Source: Octopus sinensis
Lineage: Eukaryota
Assembly (NCBI RefSeq): GCF_006345805.1
Contig: NC_043021.1
Location: 21,576,001-21,640,000 of the forward strand
Direction: 5' to 3'
DNA length: 64,000 bases
Shown: positions 52,745 to 64,000 of the stretch, piece by piece
Position numbering within the stretch: the stretch's first letter is position 1
Layout: each line of letters opens with the position of its first letter
Made by a program: the position numbers and the translations under genes
The notes under the pieces: model-generated
Databases searched by the model: none
What the model was told of the DNA's origin: nothing
Seen by the model: the letters and a program-made list of their open reading frames with translations, nothing else

Positions 52745-53158
52745 TATATACTCTTTTACTTGTTTCAGTCATTTGACTGCAGCCATGCTGGAGCACCGCC
52801 TTTAATCGAGCAACTCGACCCCGGGACTTATTCTTTGTAAGCCCAGTACTTATTCTATCGGTCTCTTTTGCCAAACCACTAAGTAACGGGGACATAAACA
52901 CACCAGCATCGGTTGTCAAGCAATGCTAGGGGGACAAACACAGACTCACAAACACACACACGCACATATATATAGATATATATATACATATATACGACGG
53001 GCTTCTTTCAGTTTTCGCCTACCAAATCCACTCACAAGGCTTTGGTCGGCCCGAGGCTATAGTAGAAGACACTTGCCCAAGGTTCCATGCAGTGGGACTG
53101 AACCCGGAACCATGTGGTTCGTAAGCAAGCTACTTACCACACAGCCCACTATATACTC
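52745..53158 (-). mobile_element. SINE family A, near full length
   Basis: TSD TATATACTC (52745-52753 and 53150-53158). Confidence 0.88.
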
Positions 53159-53222
53159 AACATATACACTCAAACATACCCAGAGCGAGATACTACAGAA
53201 ACACAATATATATTATTTTTCA

Positions 53223-53265
<43 letters not shown>

Positions 53266-53758
53266 TTGCTACAAAATAAAACACAAAAACATCGACTCCG
53301 ATAATTTTATTCATTGCAAATATCATTATTCTTTTTGTTATGATTATTATTCCCTTTATTATCATTATTGTTATCGCTCCCCATCGTCTGCTATCTTCTT
53401 CAGATTCATTAACCTCTGCCTAACCAAACGAACTTCTCTAATTAATCTCTCATGAGTTTCCAGGTTCTGTCTGTCTACGTCTGAGTTCCTCTTTCTGTAT
53501 CTATCTTTTGATATGCATAAATAATATGTGTATATATATATTAAGCATTAACATATGTACGCATATCAAAATATACACACACATAGAGGGTCTCATATTG
53601 TATGTTTATGCAAAGGCATCAATATTTATCCATATTTACTAATATGGAAGCATTTGTTTGTATGTGTGCACATATGTATGTGTAGAGAAAAAGAAAAAGG
53701 GAGAGAGAGAGAGCAGAAACATATGGCATATACATGTATGTATATATATGTGTGTGTC

Positions 53759-53795
<37 letters not shown>

Positions 53796-53800
53796 TATAA

Positions 53801-53865
<65 letters not shown>

Positions 53866-53894
53866 ATATATATATATATGATATATATTATATA

Positions 53895-53953
<59 letters not shown>

Positions 53954-54439
53954 GATATATAGAGAGCGAGAGAGAGAGAGAGACAGATAGACAGACAGAC
54001 AGAGAAATGCTTACACATACATGCATATTCATACATATTACACACACAGGACACACGTATATACATAGATTTATATATTTATATATTTACAAACACACAA
54101 ACATACACGCATGCATATACCTTTTCCAGAATGACTTCTAGTCTCTTCGTGGAAATCTAAAATCCAATCGGAAGTCTGATTGTATTTCAGTCTTCACTAA
54201 TTTAGAATGAAAGATGAACGCAAGAGCAACATTGACAAAGACAATAACCACAACAACAACAGCAACAACAATAACCTCGGGGGGGAGGCAAAAAAGAGTT
54301 GAGCTTCTAGAAATGCAGTGCAATGCAATTAGTACAACACAGAAGTGCACACACACACACACACAGGTATAACTAAAGAACATGCTTGATTAAAAGACAT
54401 ACATGCCAGCACATACAGACATACAAAAATAATAATAAT

Positions 54440-54770
54440 GATGTAATACCAGTGTCGGTGGCACAAAAGAGAACTATCTGAATGTGGCCATTGCCAGCGC
54501 CGCCCCCGACTGGCCTCCGTGCTACCAGCACATAAAAAGCACCATCTGATTGTGGCCGTTGCCAGTCTATCTGACCCCCATGCCGGTGGCACGTAAAAAG
54601 CACCCGCTACACTCACGGACTGGTTGGTGTTAGGAAGGGCATCCAGCCGTAGAAACATTGCCAGATCAGACTGGAGCCTGGCGCAGCCTTCTGGCTTCCC
54701 AGACCCCAGTTGAACCGTCCAACCCATGCTAGCATGGAAAACGGATGTTAAACGATGATGATGATGATGA
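54440..54770 (+). mobile_element. RTE 3' UTR fragment with (GAT)n tail
   Basis: Same family as 20812-21060, with internally repeated GGTGGCACGTAAAAAGCACC blocks. Confidence 0.72.
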
Positions 54771-54904
54771 ATAATCCTTTCTACTAAAGGCACAAGGCCT
54801 GCAATTTTGGTGGGGAGGGGGACTAGTCGATTACATTGACCCCAGTGTTTCACTGGTACTTAATTTATTGACTCCCGAAAGGATGAAAGGCAAAGTCGGC
54901 TTCG

Positions 54905-55151
54905 GCATCAGTTGTCAAGCGATGTTGGGGATACAAACACAGACACACAAACATATACGCACACAAACATATATATATATATATACTTATATATGACAGG
55001 CTTCTTTCAGTCTCCATCTACCAAATCCACTCACAAGTCTTTGGTCAGCCTGAGGCTATAGCAGAAGACACTTGCCCAAGGTGCCATGCAGTGGGACTGA
55101 ACCGAGAACCATGTGGTTGGTAAGTAAGCTACTTACCACACAGCCACTCCT
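54905..55151 (-). mobile_element. SINE family A, 5' half
   Basis: Family A homology. Confidence 0.8.
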
Positions 55152-56800
55152 AATTCACTGGCACTTATTTCCTGCTTCTACAATGGGGTCAAGGCATGAA
55201 GTTTTGGGGAGAGTGATAGTCAATTACATGGACCCTAGTGCACAACAGCTACTTTATTTCATCAACCACAAAAGGATGAAAAACAAAGTCGACTTTGGCA
55301 GGATTTGAACTCAGAACATAAAGGCCTACAATTGACTACTGAAAGATAAATGTATCTAAAGTACCAAATACAAATATTTGGGGCTCTACTCAAAAATATT
55401 CTGTAAACTTATTGTTCTCTGCTTTTCATCAATGAAAAGACAAAATACGTTTTTTGTCATGGTGTTGGGCAAGTTTACAATCCATCTGAACCCTTCAGCA
55501 TTTCATCCAACCGTATCCAGCCCAAATATTCTTCTACCTGTGTTATCTTAAAACTGACCAGATCCAACCTTTCACACTTATCCTACAATGTCATTCTAAA
55601 AATATACAAAACACCATTGAAATTTAGGGAAGAGAACCATATGAGTGATACTTTTTCTGACACATTCCTTTTTTGCATTTGTTATTACAAAATGAAGGCA
55701 AGTGACTTAGTGGTTACGATATTCAGCTTACTATTGTAAGGTCATGAGTTCAATTCCTGGAAATGTTGTGTCCTTAAGCGAGACACTCTATTTCTCGTTG
55801 CTCCAGTCCACTCAGCTGGCAAAAATGAGTAGTACTTGTATTTCAAAGGACCAGACTTGTCCCATTCTGTGTCACACTGAATGTCTCTGACAACAATGTT
55901 AAGGGTATACATGTTTGTGGAGGGTATCTGTGTTTGGACATTAATTTCATGAGCAGGCTTATCAGACCAACTGTAACCCTCATAGTTGTAATTGACAGAG
56001 TGCCACAATAACAAAATGAGTAATAACATACACTGATGTATTTTTCCTATACATTTAACATTCAAAATCATCTTTAATCTCTAAAGTTAAAGACAGCCTG
56101 TTTCAGCATACTGAGCAGCTTCAGTGCAGACACCAAGACTGTGTTGCATTGTATTTCAATCAGACAAAGAAGAGTGAGAAGAAGGTGGTTTTGTGTTGAT
56201 TCATTTTCAGAAAAATGAAGACAGAAAAGTAAGTGATGAAGATGATACATTCAGTTTAGAATAAAATGAGAGCAATTTATACGTAATTATTCCACTGCTA
56301 AAACAAAAAGCAGTTCATTAATCCTTTTGTTATCATATTTCAATTGAAATGCACTGACTTCATCTCAAATCAATTTTGAAAATAAAATCATTTTGTTATT
56401 ATTAAGCTGGCATTTCAAATATAAATTTACATGGAATATTGATGGAAGGTTTTAACTCAGATAATCTTAACCCTTTAGCATTTAAACAGGCTATATCAAG
56501 TCAAAATATTCTATCTGTGCTATGTTCAAACCGACTAGATCCAACTTCTCACACCTACCCTACAATGTCATTCTAAAAATAAACAATTACATCATCAAAC
56601 TCTTCGCGCTATGAGATTATGGACGATTAATTCAAAACAATGTGAATAAATAAGCACTGTGAAGGTGCATGGCTCAGTGGTTAGAGCATCAGGCAATCAT
56701 GAGGTAGTGAGTTCAATTCCTGGACCAGACTGTTGTGTTGTGTTCTTGAGCAAGACACTTTATTTTCCTTGTGTATTAAATGTGTGTATATATATATACA

Positions 56801-57191
56801 CGTTAGCACACTGGACAAAATGCTTAGAGGTATTTCGCCCGTCGCTACATACTGAGTTCAAATTCCGCCGAGGTCGACTTAGCCTTTCATCCTTTCAGGG
56901 TCAATTAAATAAGTACCAGTTACGCACTGGGGTCGATATAATCGACTTAATCCGTTTGTCTGTCCTCTCTGTGTTTAGCCCCTTGTGGGTAGTAAAGAAA
57001 TAGGTATTTCGTCTGCCGTTGCGTTCTGAGTTCAAATTTCACCGAGGTCGACTTTGCCTTTCATCCTTTCGGGGTCAATTAAATAAGTACCAGTTACGCA
57101 CTGGGGTTGATATAATCGACTTAATCAAGTTTGTCTGTCCTTGTTTGTCCTCTCTGTGTTTAGCCCCTTGTAGGTAGTAAAGAAATAGGTA
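56801..57191 (+). mobile_element. SINE family B dimer, nested in an older SINE that lies in or next to a TTAA MITE (56469-56660)
   Basis: Junction AAAGAAATAGGTATTTCGTCTGCC at ~56995-57018. Confidence 0.85.
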
Positions 57192-57950
57192 TTTGTTTCA
57201 GAAGTGGTAGCAATGGCGTTAGTGTAGGAGTTGGTGGTGGTGGTCTTGATGGCTGTAGTTATTCAGCTGATGGTTGAGGTACAGATGGTGACGGGCAGTG
57301 GTGGTAAATTCTGATAGACTGGGAGTGTTAGCACTAGAATACAAGACAGTTGTTAGTGGTAGTGCTGTAAGTGATTGATACTAGCAATTTTAATGTTGGT
57401 GGTTATGGTGGTAGCAGTGGTGGTGGTGATGGTATTGGTTATTCTAATAGTGGGAGGATTTTCGTTCTCAATGGCGTTGTTGTTGGTGGTGGTGGTGGTG
57501 GTGGTGGTGGTGGGGATACTGTTACTGTTGTTGTAGTTGTGTTGTTGTTGCTGCTGCTGCTGATTATAATGAGTCTTCTTTTCAGACAAACTTTTAATGA
57601 ATCATTTACACGGTATTGTTTCGAATATTTAATTGCACTCGAAATCATGAACAACACTCTCAACCTCAAAAGCAAAGCTAATCTGCTCACATATACACAC
57701 ACACAAGTGCACACACTTTTATACACAATCATATATGTATATAAACATATATATATATATATATAGACAGAGATGTATGCACATATACATATATATATAT
57801 ACATACACATACAAGTATGTATATATACATATATACATGTACATACATATATATACATATATATGTACATATATATATACACATATATATGTATATATAC
57901 ATATAGATATTTACACATATATATATATACATATATGTATATATATATGT

Positions 57951-59400
57951 ATCCGTGTCCTTGCCCCCCTAGTGGCATCTCTTCCCTCCCACATCCACGA
58001 TACCAACCATGCTCTCCGGCTTTTCAACTCTTTCCCCTTTCCTCCCGGCTACTCCAAAATCCTTTTTACTATGGACATCCGAAGCCTCTATACTGTTATC
58101 CCTCACCACGAAGGACTGCAGGCCCTTCGACACTTTCTTGACCTCCGCTCTAACCCTGTACCTGACACCTCCACACTCATTCGTCTGGCCAAACTTGTCC
58201 TTACTCTGAACTGCTTCTCGTTCGCGGGCGAGTTCTACCATCAGGTCTCGGGAGTGGCCATGGGAACGCGAATGGGCCCCAACTATGCGAACCTGTTCGT
58301 TGGCTATGTTGAGGCCCAAATATTCTCTAATTTCACTGGTCCCACTCCTGAACTATATGGTCGTTATATTGACGACATTATCGGTGCCAACTCACTCTCC
58401 CGCGAACATCTAGATTCCTTCCTCTCTTTCGTCCAATCTTTCCATCCAGCCCTCCACTTCACTTCCACTATCTCCAACACCTCTGTCTCCTTCCTCGACA
58501 TTTCGGTTAGCATTCTTCACTCCACTCTTACCACCTCCATTCACTACAAACACACAGACTCACACTCATACCTCAACTTCTCTTCCTCCCACCAGAACAC
58601 ACCAAGCTTTCCATCCCCTATTCCCAATTCTTCCGTCTACGTAGGCTCTGTAGTGACGACCATGACTTTGAGACTCAGTCTCAACGTATGGCTCACCACT
58701 TCACCCTACGTGGATACCCCCTCATCACTATCCACACCGCCCTTGCCAGAGCATGGTCCGTGGACCGTGTATCTGCTCTCTCTCCCCGAACCCGCCCTGT
58801 AGTCTCCCGCCTCCCTTTTCCCCTCACTTACCACCCCACGACCCTACGTCTCCAACGCACCATTCTTCGAGCTTCCGTCATCTCCAGTCCGACCCGTCCA
58901 CTTCACACCTCTTCCCTAACCGACCCCTCCCCTCTTTCAAACGAGCCCACAACCTTCGAGACCTTTTGGTCCATAGCTCCTTCCCTGACCCTACCTCCCA
59001 ACCCGGCTCGTTCCCCTGCTCCCGCCCACGTTGCCGCACTTGCCCTTACCTCTCCAACACCACCCGCCTCACTAGCACCCACCATCGACCCTATCCCATC
59101 ATCCACTCCTTCACCTGCACCTCCAGCAATATTATCTATTGCATCTCTTGCTCTCTCTGCAATTCCTTGTACATCGGACAAACGGGACGCCGCTTGGCTG
59201 ACCGGTTCGCGGAACACCTTCGTGACATCCACCTTGCGAACGACACACCGGTCTCACGCCATTTCCGCTCCACCGGTCACTCCTTGCAACACCTATCTGT
59301 GTTCGGTTTGTCCTTACACAGAGGCCATCCGGATTCCCGTTTGCGCCGTGAACAGGAATTAATCTTCTCTCTTCGCTCTTATACGCCATTGGTCTCAACT
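57951..59400 (+). pseudogene. PLE reverse transcriptase plus GIY-YIG endonuclease, three -1 frameshifts
   Basis: RT motifs [32 protein letters not shown]. Cys-rich linker CSRPRCRTC. Endonuclease motifs IIYCISC...YIGQTGRRL..RFAEH. Confidence 0.93.
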
Positions 59401-59741
59401 CTCCCCCCTCCTCATCTAACCCCCCTCTCCCCATCCTCACCTATCCTTTCTCCCCCGACCCCTACTTCTTCAGTCCTTCATCCTTTCACCCCTACTCCCC
59501 TTCCCTTCTTCCTCTTTCTCCTCCCTCTTCCCCTTCCCTCTGCTCCCTCACTCCTCTCTCCCCCCCCTCTCCCTCTTTCCTCCTTCATCCCCCTCCTCCC
59601 CTTCCTTCTCCCCCATCCTCTCCTCTTCCCCTTCTCCTCCCCTTCTTCTTCCCTCCCCTTCTCTCCCCCCTCTTCTCCCCCTTCCCCCTCTTCTCCTCAC
59701 TACACCACATGACTTTACACATCACATCACATATGATGTGC

Positions 59742-59987
59742 CATACTAATACACACACCAACTAATACATACTAATACGTACTAATACATACTAGTACAT
59801 ACTAATACTTACACCAACCCTATACATACACACGTCCAGACCCCGCATACGCACTTATACTCTCTCACACACACACACACATACCTATACATACCAATAC
59901 GTACTAATACATACTAATACATACTAATACATACACCAACCCCATACATACGCATGTCCAGACCAATCTTACGCACTAATACTCTCT

Positions 59988-60028
<41 letters not shown>

Positions 60029-60090
60029 ATACATACTAATACATACACCAACCCTATACATACACACATCCAGACCCCTCCCACGCACTT
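59742..60090. repeat. Three ~115-bp degenerate tandem units within the PLE 3' region
   Basis: Repeated ACTAATACATAC...CACCAACCCYATACATAC...TCCAGACC. Confidence 0.7.
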
Positions 60091-60262
60091 TTAGCTGGTC
60101 CCTCAACCCTTTTATCAACCCTATTATCTCCCCTTATTTCGCTCTCGCGTCTCATGTTTGATCTTTGACCTCTGGCCGAAATCAGATCGCCATGTTGATT
60201 CGTTAGCTACTGCACGCATTTTTTTCTCTCCTTCTTTCTGTGTTTTTTTCTCTCTCTGTGTA

Positions 60263-60300
60263 TCTTTCTGTTGAAGAGCGTAGGCTCGAAACGTTAAAGA
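60263..60300 (+). ncRNA. Minimal type I hammerhead ribozyme motif (atypical CUGUUGA core)
   Basis: TCTTT-CTGTTGA-A-GAGC-GTAG-GCTC-GAAA-CG-T-T-AAAGA: 5-bp stem I, 4-bp stem II, palindromic ACGT stem III, GUU cleavage triplet. Confidence 0.65.
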
Positions 60301-60541
60301 CTTGTTTTATTTATTTTCCTGAGCGCCATACTAATACAATTGTTCGTTTGTTTTCCACCTGCCTTCGTCTTTTGTTTATTTTCATAAAGCTTCCCGTTAT
60401 ATATATATGTATGTATATAAATATATGTATGTATATATATTTATATATATATGTATATTTTATATACATATATATATATACATATATATATATATACATA
60501 CATATATATATATATACATACATATATATATATATACATAC

Positions 60542-60581
<40 letters not shown>

Positions 60582-60619
60582 GCATATATGTATGTATATA
60601 GGGAGATAATTCACAAGAA

Positions 60620-61608
60620 AGTACTGTCTCGAAAGTAATGACAGTCATTGAGAAAGAGGGAAAAACCTTCTCGTTGAAACAAAATTCTGGAAGAAAACCA
60701 AAACCTTCAGATAGGGACCATCGGACTCTGACACAAATTGTTAGAAAGGATCACAAAAGTACAGCTCCCAAAATTACTGCAGAGCTTAATGATCACCTTG
60801 AGAACCCAGTTTCCACAAAAACTGTTCACCAGGAGCTGCACAAAGCTGGATTTCATGGGAGGGCTGCAATCAGAAAACCACTACTTTCAAAAACAAATGT
60901 TGCAAAGTGTTTAGAGTGGAGTAAAACTCTACAGAATTGGTCCCTAGAACAGTGGAAGAATGTTATTTTCTCAGACAAGTCATCCTTTACCATATTTCTG
61001 GCCACTGGCCAAGTATATGTGTGAAGACAGCCAAAAGAAGCATTTGATCCAGACTGCCTTCATCCAACTGTTAAACATAAAGGAAGATCTGTGATGATCT
61101 GGGGGGGGGGCTATGTGTTGGAAATCCACCAGCCTAATGGTTTCCTTTCATAGCGGAATTAATAGTCAAAGCTATTTAAGCATTTTATCTAATCAAATTC
61201 ATCCTATGATTGCAGAAATGTTTCCAGAGGGAAACAAAATCTTTCAGAATGATAATGCACCAATTCACACAGCTAAACTTGTTACTGAATGGCACAAGGA
61301 AAATTCGAGTGAAGTTGAACATCTTATCTGGTCACCACAGTCCCCAGATCTCAATATTATTGAACATTTATCGTGCATTTTAGAAAAACAAGCAAGGAGT
61401 CGATATCCTCCACCATCATCATTACAAGAACTGGAGACTGTTTTAGCTGAAGAATGGACAAAAATTCCTTTGGAAACAATTCAAACTTTGTACGAGTCCA
61501 TACCTCATAGAATTCTAACTTTAATTACTACTAAAGGCAGTCCTACACCATATCAAAATAAATTTGTTTGAAATCTTAAAGTGTTTCGATTATTTTGAGT
61601 AACCCCTG
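60620..61608 (+). mobile_element. Tc1-like transposon with DD36E spacing, 5'-truncated and defective
   Basis: Transposase motifs GRKPK, FSDKS, VKH.G.SVMIW, QNDNAPIH, SPDLNIIE and GSPTPY. One stop (61022-61024) and a frameshift in the G-run at ~61100. The right TIR ends ...GTAACCCCTG followed by TA (61609-61610). Confidence 0.9.
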
Positions 61609-62487
61609 TATATATGTATGTATGTATGGATGGATGTGTGTGTATGTGTGTTTGTATATGTATGTGTGTGTATGTATGTATGTATGTATGTATGTATGTA
61701 TGTGTGTGTATGTATGCATGTATGTATGTATCTGTATGTATATATGTGTGTGTGTGTGTATATATATATATATACACACGCTTACAGATATTTGATATAC
61801 ATGCATACAGCTACACTCACACATCATATACTTAATATCTTATCAATAAAAAGATAGACAGAGAAATAGATAGGTGGACAGATAGATAGACTGACAGAAA
61901 GATACATAGCTATAGGCAGATAAATAAAGAGGTATAGGTTCTCACACACTCACACACACATACACACAAACAATAGTGCATGCACACAAACGCACACACA
62001 CTTTATTGACAGAGGAGATAAGCTGCCCTTTAGAGACTGAGAGGATCACCACTATATCAAACCGACAGATATCCACAACAATTCCCCCACCTTTCCCATT
62101 GGTAATTAGCGTAATTAGGCCTTGCAACAAAGGGGTATTATGATATCTACCTAGATAGGAAGTAATCTTATGTTATGGATTAAGTTTCTTAAACTACACA
62201 AAAAGGAAAATTATTACTAAAGTAATTCTACAGTTTTAAAGATGGTTTATTGTTATCTGAATTGAGAGTTATTTGCCGAGAGAAAAGTGGAGAGGCAGAA
62301 ATACAAGGCTTTTAGAACCACGTGTAGCTTTGGTGATCTTTTAATGTGGTCTTCGGAAAAAAACCTGGATCTTGTATTAAAAATTAGTTTTGTTTATTAT
62401 GTATACTTGAAACACATCTTCACCATCTCCATCTCTCTTTCTCACACACACACACACACACACTCACTCACTCTCTCTCCCTCCCTT

Positions 62488-62980
62488 GCATAAGATCTGG
62501 TCATCAAATCTAAGTAGAGACTTCAAACTTGAAATCTTCAAAGCCACAGTCGAACCAATTCTACTATATGGCTCAGAAACCTGGACGTTATCAAAGAAGC
62601 TTGAGAAGCGGTTGGATGGAACCTACACTCGCCTCCTTATGAGAGCTCAAAATCTCTCGTGGAAGCGCCATCCAACCAAAATGCAAATATATGGGAAACT
62701 ATCACCTGTGTCATCTCTTGTGAAAGGTAGGAGAGTCCAGTTTGCTGGACATTGTTGTAGAGCTGAAAAAGAGGTAATTTCTACTCTTCTCCTCTGGAAG
62801 CCATCTACTCGCAATGCCAGAGGGCGCACACTCTCCTACCCTGATGTAATCTCCAGGGATACAGGCATCCAGCAACAGGACCTCCATAATGCCATGATGG
62901 ACTGTGAAGTCTGGCATAGCATGGTAAATTCCATTGTCTCGACCACGGTCGAACAATGATGATGATGATGATGATGATGC
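62488..62980 (+). mobile_element. RTE-clade LINE 3' end, 5'-truncated
   Basis: Uninterrupted frame with ILLYGSETW and FAGHCCR motifs, stop at 62957-62959, then a (TGA)n tail. Confidence 0.9.
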
Positions 62981-63123
62981 GCTCTCTAAATGAGGTGGCT
63001 GTGTACCTCTTCTCCTTCAAAATGGTGTTTTTTACATGCCACCTGCACAGGAGCCAGTCCACAGGCACTAGCAGCAACCTTGGTCGAATGTTTTCTCACG
63101 TGCCACCGGAACAAGTGCCAGTA

Positions 63124-63298
63124 GAAAGTTGGGGCAAAATAGTACAACAGGGGTTACCCCCCCCCCCCCTGCCAGAGCCTCATAGAGCTTTTAGATGTTT
63201 TCGCTCAATAAACACACACAACGCCCGGTCTAGGAATCGAAACCACGATCCTCTGACCGTGAATCCGTTGCCCTAACCACTGGGCCATTGCACCTCCA
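63124..63298 (-). mobile_element. SINE family C 5' module
   Basis: OR-like head on the minus strand. Confidence 0.75.
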
Positions 63299-64000
63299 CA
63301 TCATCATCATCATCATCATCATCATTATTACTATTATTATTATTATTATTATTATCATTATTATTATAAGTAACAATAACAGTTTTTGAGTGGATTTGAA
63401 AATCGATTACATTGACTTCAATATTTGTCAGATACTTACATCATCAATCCCAGAGAAGATAAAATGCAAAGTCAACCTCTGCAGAATTTGAACTCAGAAT
63501 GTGGAGATGAACAAAATGCATCACATAAAGGACAAAGCACTTGGTGGCATTTCTTCCGGCATTCCTGAATTGAAATGCCGTTGAGGCTGATTTTGTCTTT
63601 CATCCTTTTGGGGATTGATAAAATAAAGTACCAGTTATGTACTAGGGTTGATCTAATCAGCTAACTTCCTATGTGAATAAATGCTGGCCTTGTACCAAAA
63701 CTGGAAGACTCCTTAGCCCACTGGACAAAATTTTTTAACAGGCTTTCCTGCTTCTTTATGTTCTGAGTTCAAATTCTGCCAAGGTCAACTTTGCCTTTCA
63801 TCCTTTTGGAGTCGATAAAACAAAAACTGCTAGTCTTTATTTTTTATCTTTTACTTGTTTCAGTCATTTGGTTGTGGCCATGCTGGGGCACCACCTTGAA
63901 GGGTTTTAATTGAACAAATCAATTCCAGGACTTATTTTTTCCACCCTTTAGCGTTCAGATTATTCCATCAAACATAATGCCTATTGATTCCCATTGATTT

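Larger units (their letters stand above)
57951..60390 (+). mobile_element. Penelope-like retroelement (Neptune-like), 5'-truncated, with 3' pyrimidine tract, tandem repeat and pLTR
   Basis: RT and GIY-YIG frames followed by a hammerhead-containing terminal repeat. (TA)n-type sequence on both sides. Linkage of the pLTR to the ORF is inferred from adjacency. Confidence 0.85.

Noticed and set aside
348-53279. Recurrent ORF MLGGQTQT...RGYSRRHLPK...WLVSKLLTTQPLL
   Set aside because: It is the antisense reading of SINE family A. The frame varies with microsatellite length between copies.
53370-53520. Minus frame ...ETHERLIREVRLVRQRLMNLKKIADDGER*
   Set aside because: There is no acceptor or start, it is flanked by microsatellites, and I recognise no family.
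56211-56228. Apparent 18-nt microexon (TTTTCAG|AAAAATGAAGACAGAAAA|GTAAGT)
   Set aside because: It lies in sequence (56075-56465) that appears to be a degenerate DNA-transposon repeat related to the TTAA MITEs, and no host gene is evident. Only RNA-seq could rescue it.
2935-61857. Dozens of long ORFs rich in CV/YI/HT repeats (for example 10275-10865, 22710-23423, 40244-40924)
   Set aside because: They are translations of (TG)n, (TA)n and (CATA)n microsatellites that lack stop codons in some frames. There is no coding signature.

Overview
AT-rich, microsatellite-dense eukaryotic genomic DNA with one 100-N assembly gap (51533-51632). The repeat repertoire points to an octopod cephalopod (inference from tRNA-derived SINE families resembling the Octopus OR/CORE SINEs). 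I found no credible host protein-coding exon, tRNA or rRNA gene and no CRISPR array, so the window looks intergenic or deep-intronic. Almost all listed ORFs are translations of (TA)n/(TG)n/(CATA)n repeats. The real coding sequence is transposon-derived: a young, 5'-truncated Penelope-like retroelement (RT + GIY-YIG, 57951-60390), a full-length defective DD34D mariner (35490-36755), a Tc1-like element with DD36E (Incomer-type) spacing (60620-61608), and CR1 and RTE LINE 3' ends. Non-coding elements comprise three tRNA-SINE families, three non-autonomous Helitrons, hAT and TTAA MITEs, a fold-back element and several satellites. Main leads: (1) four minimal hammerhead-ribozyme motifs of three sequence types in Penelope-type terminal repeats, with atypical cores, a shared downstream motif, and every copy sitting in (TA)n; (2) a SINE that forms head-to-tail multimers through a fixed GGTATTT junction; (3) the DD36E transposase; (4) a higher-order satellite born from a SINE tail. 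SINE and simple-repeat boundaries are approximate (about +/-10 nt) unless a TSD or terminus is quoted.
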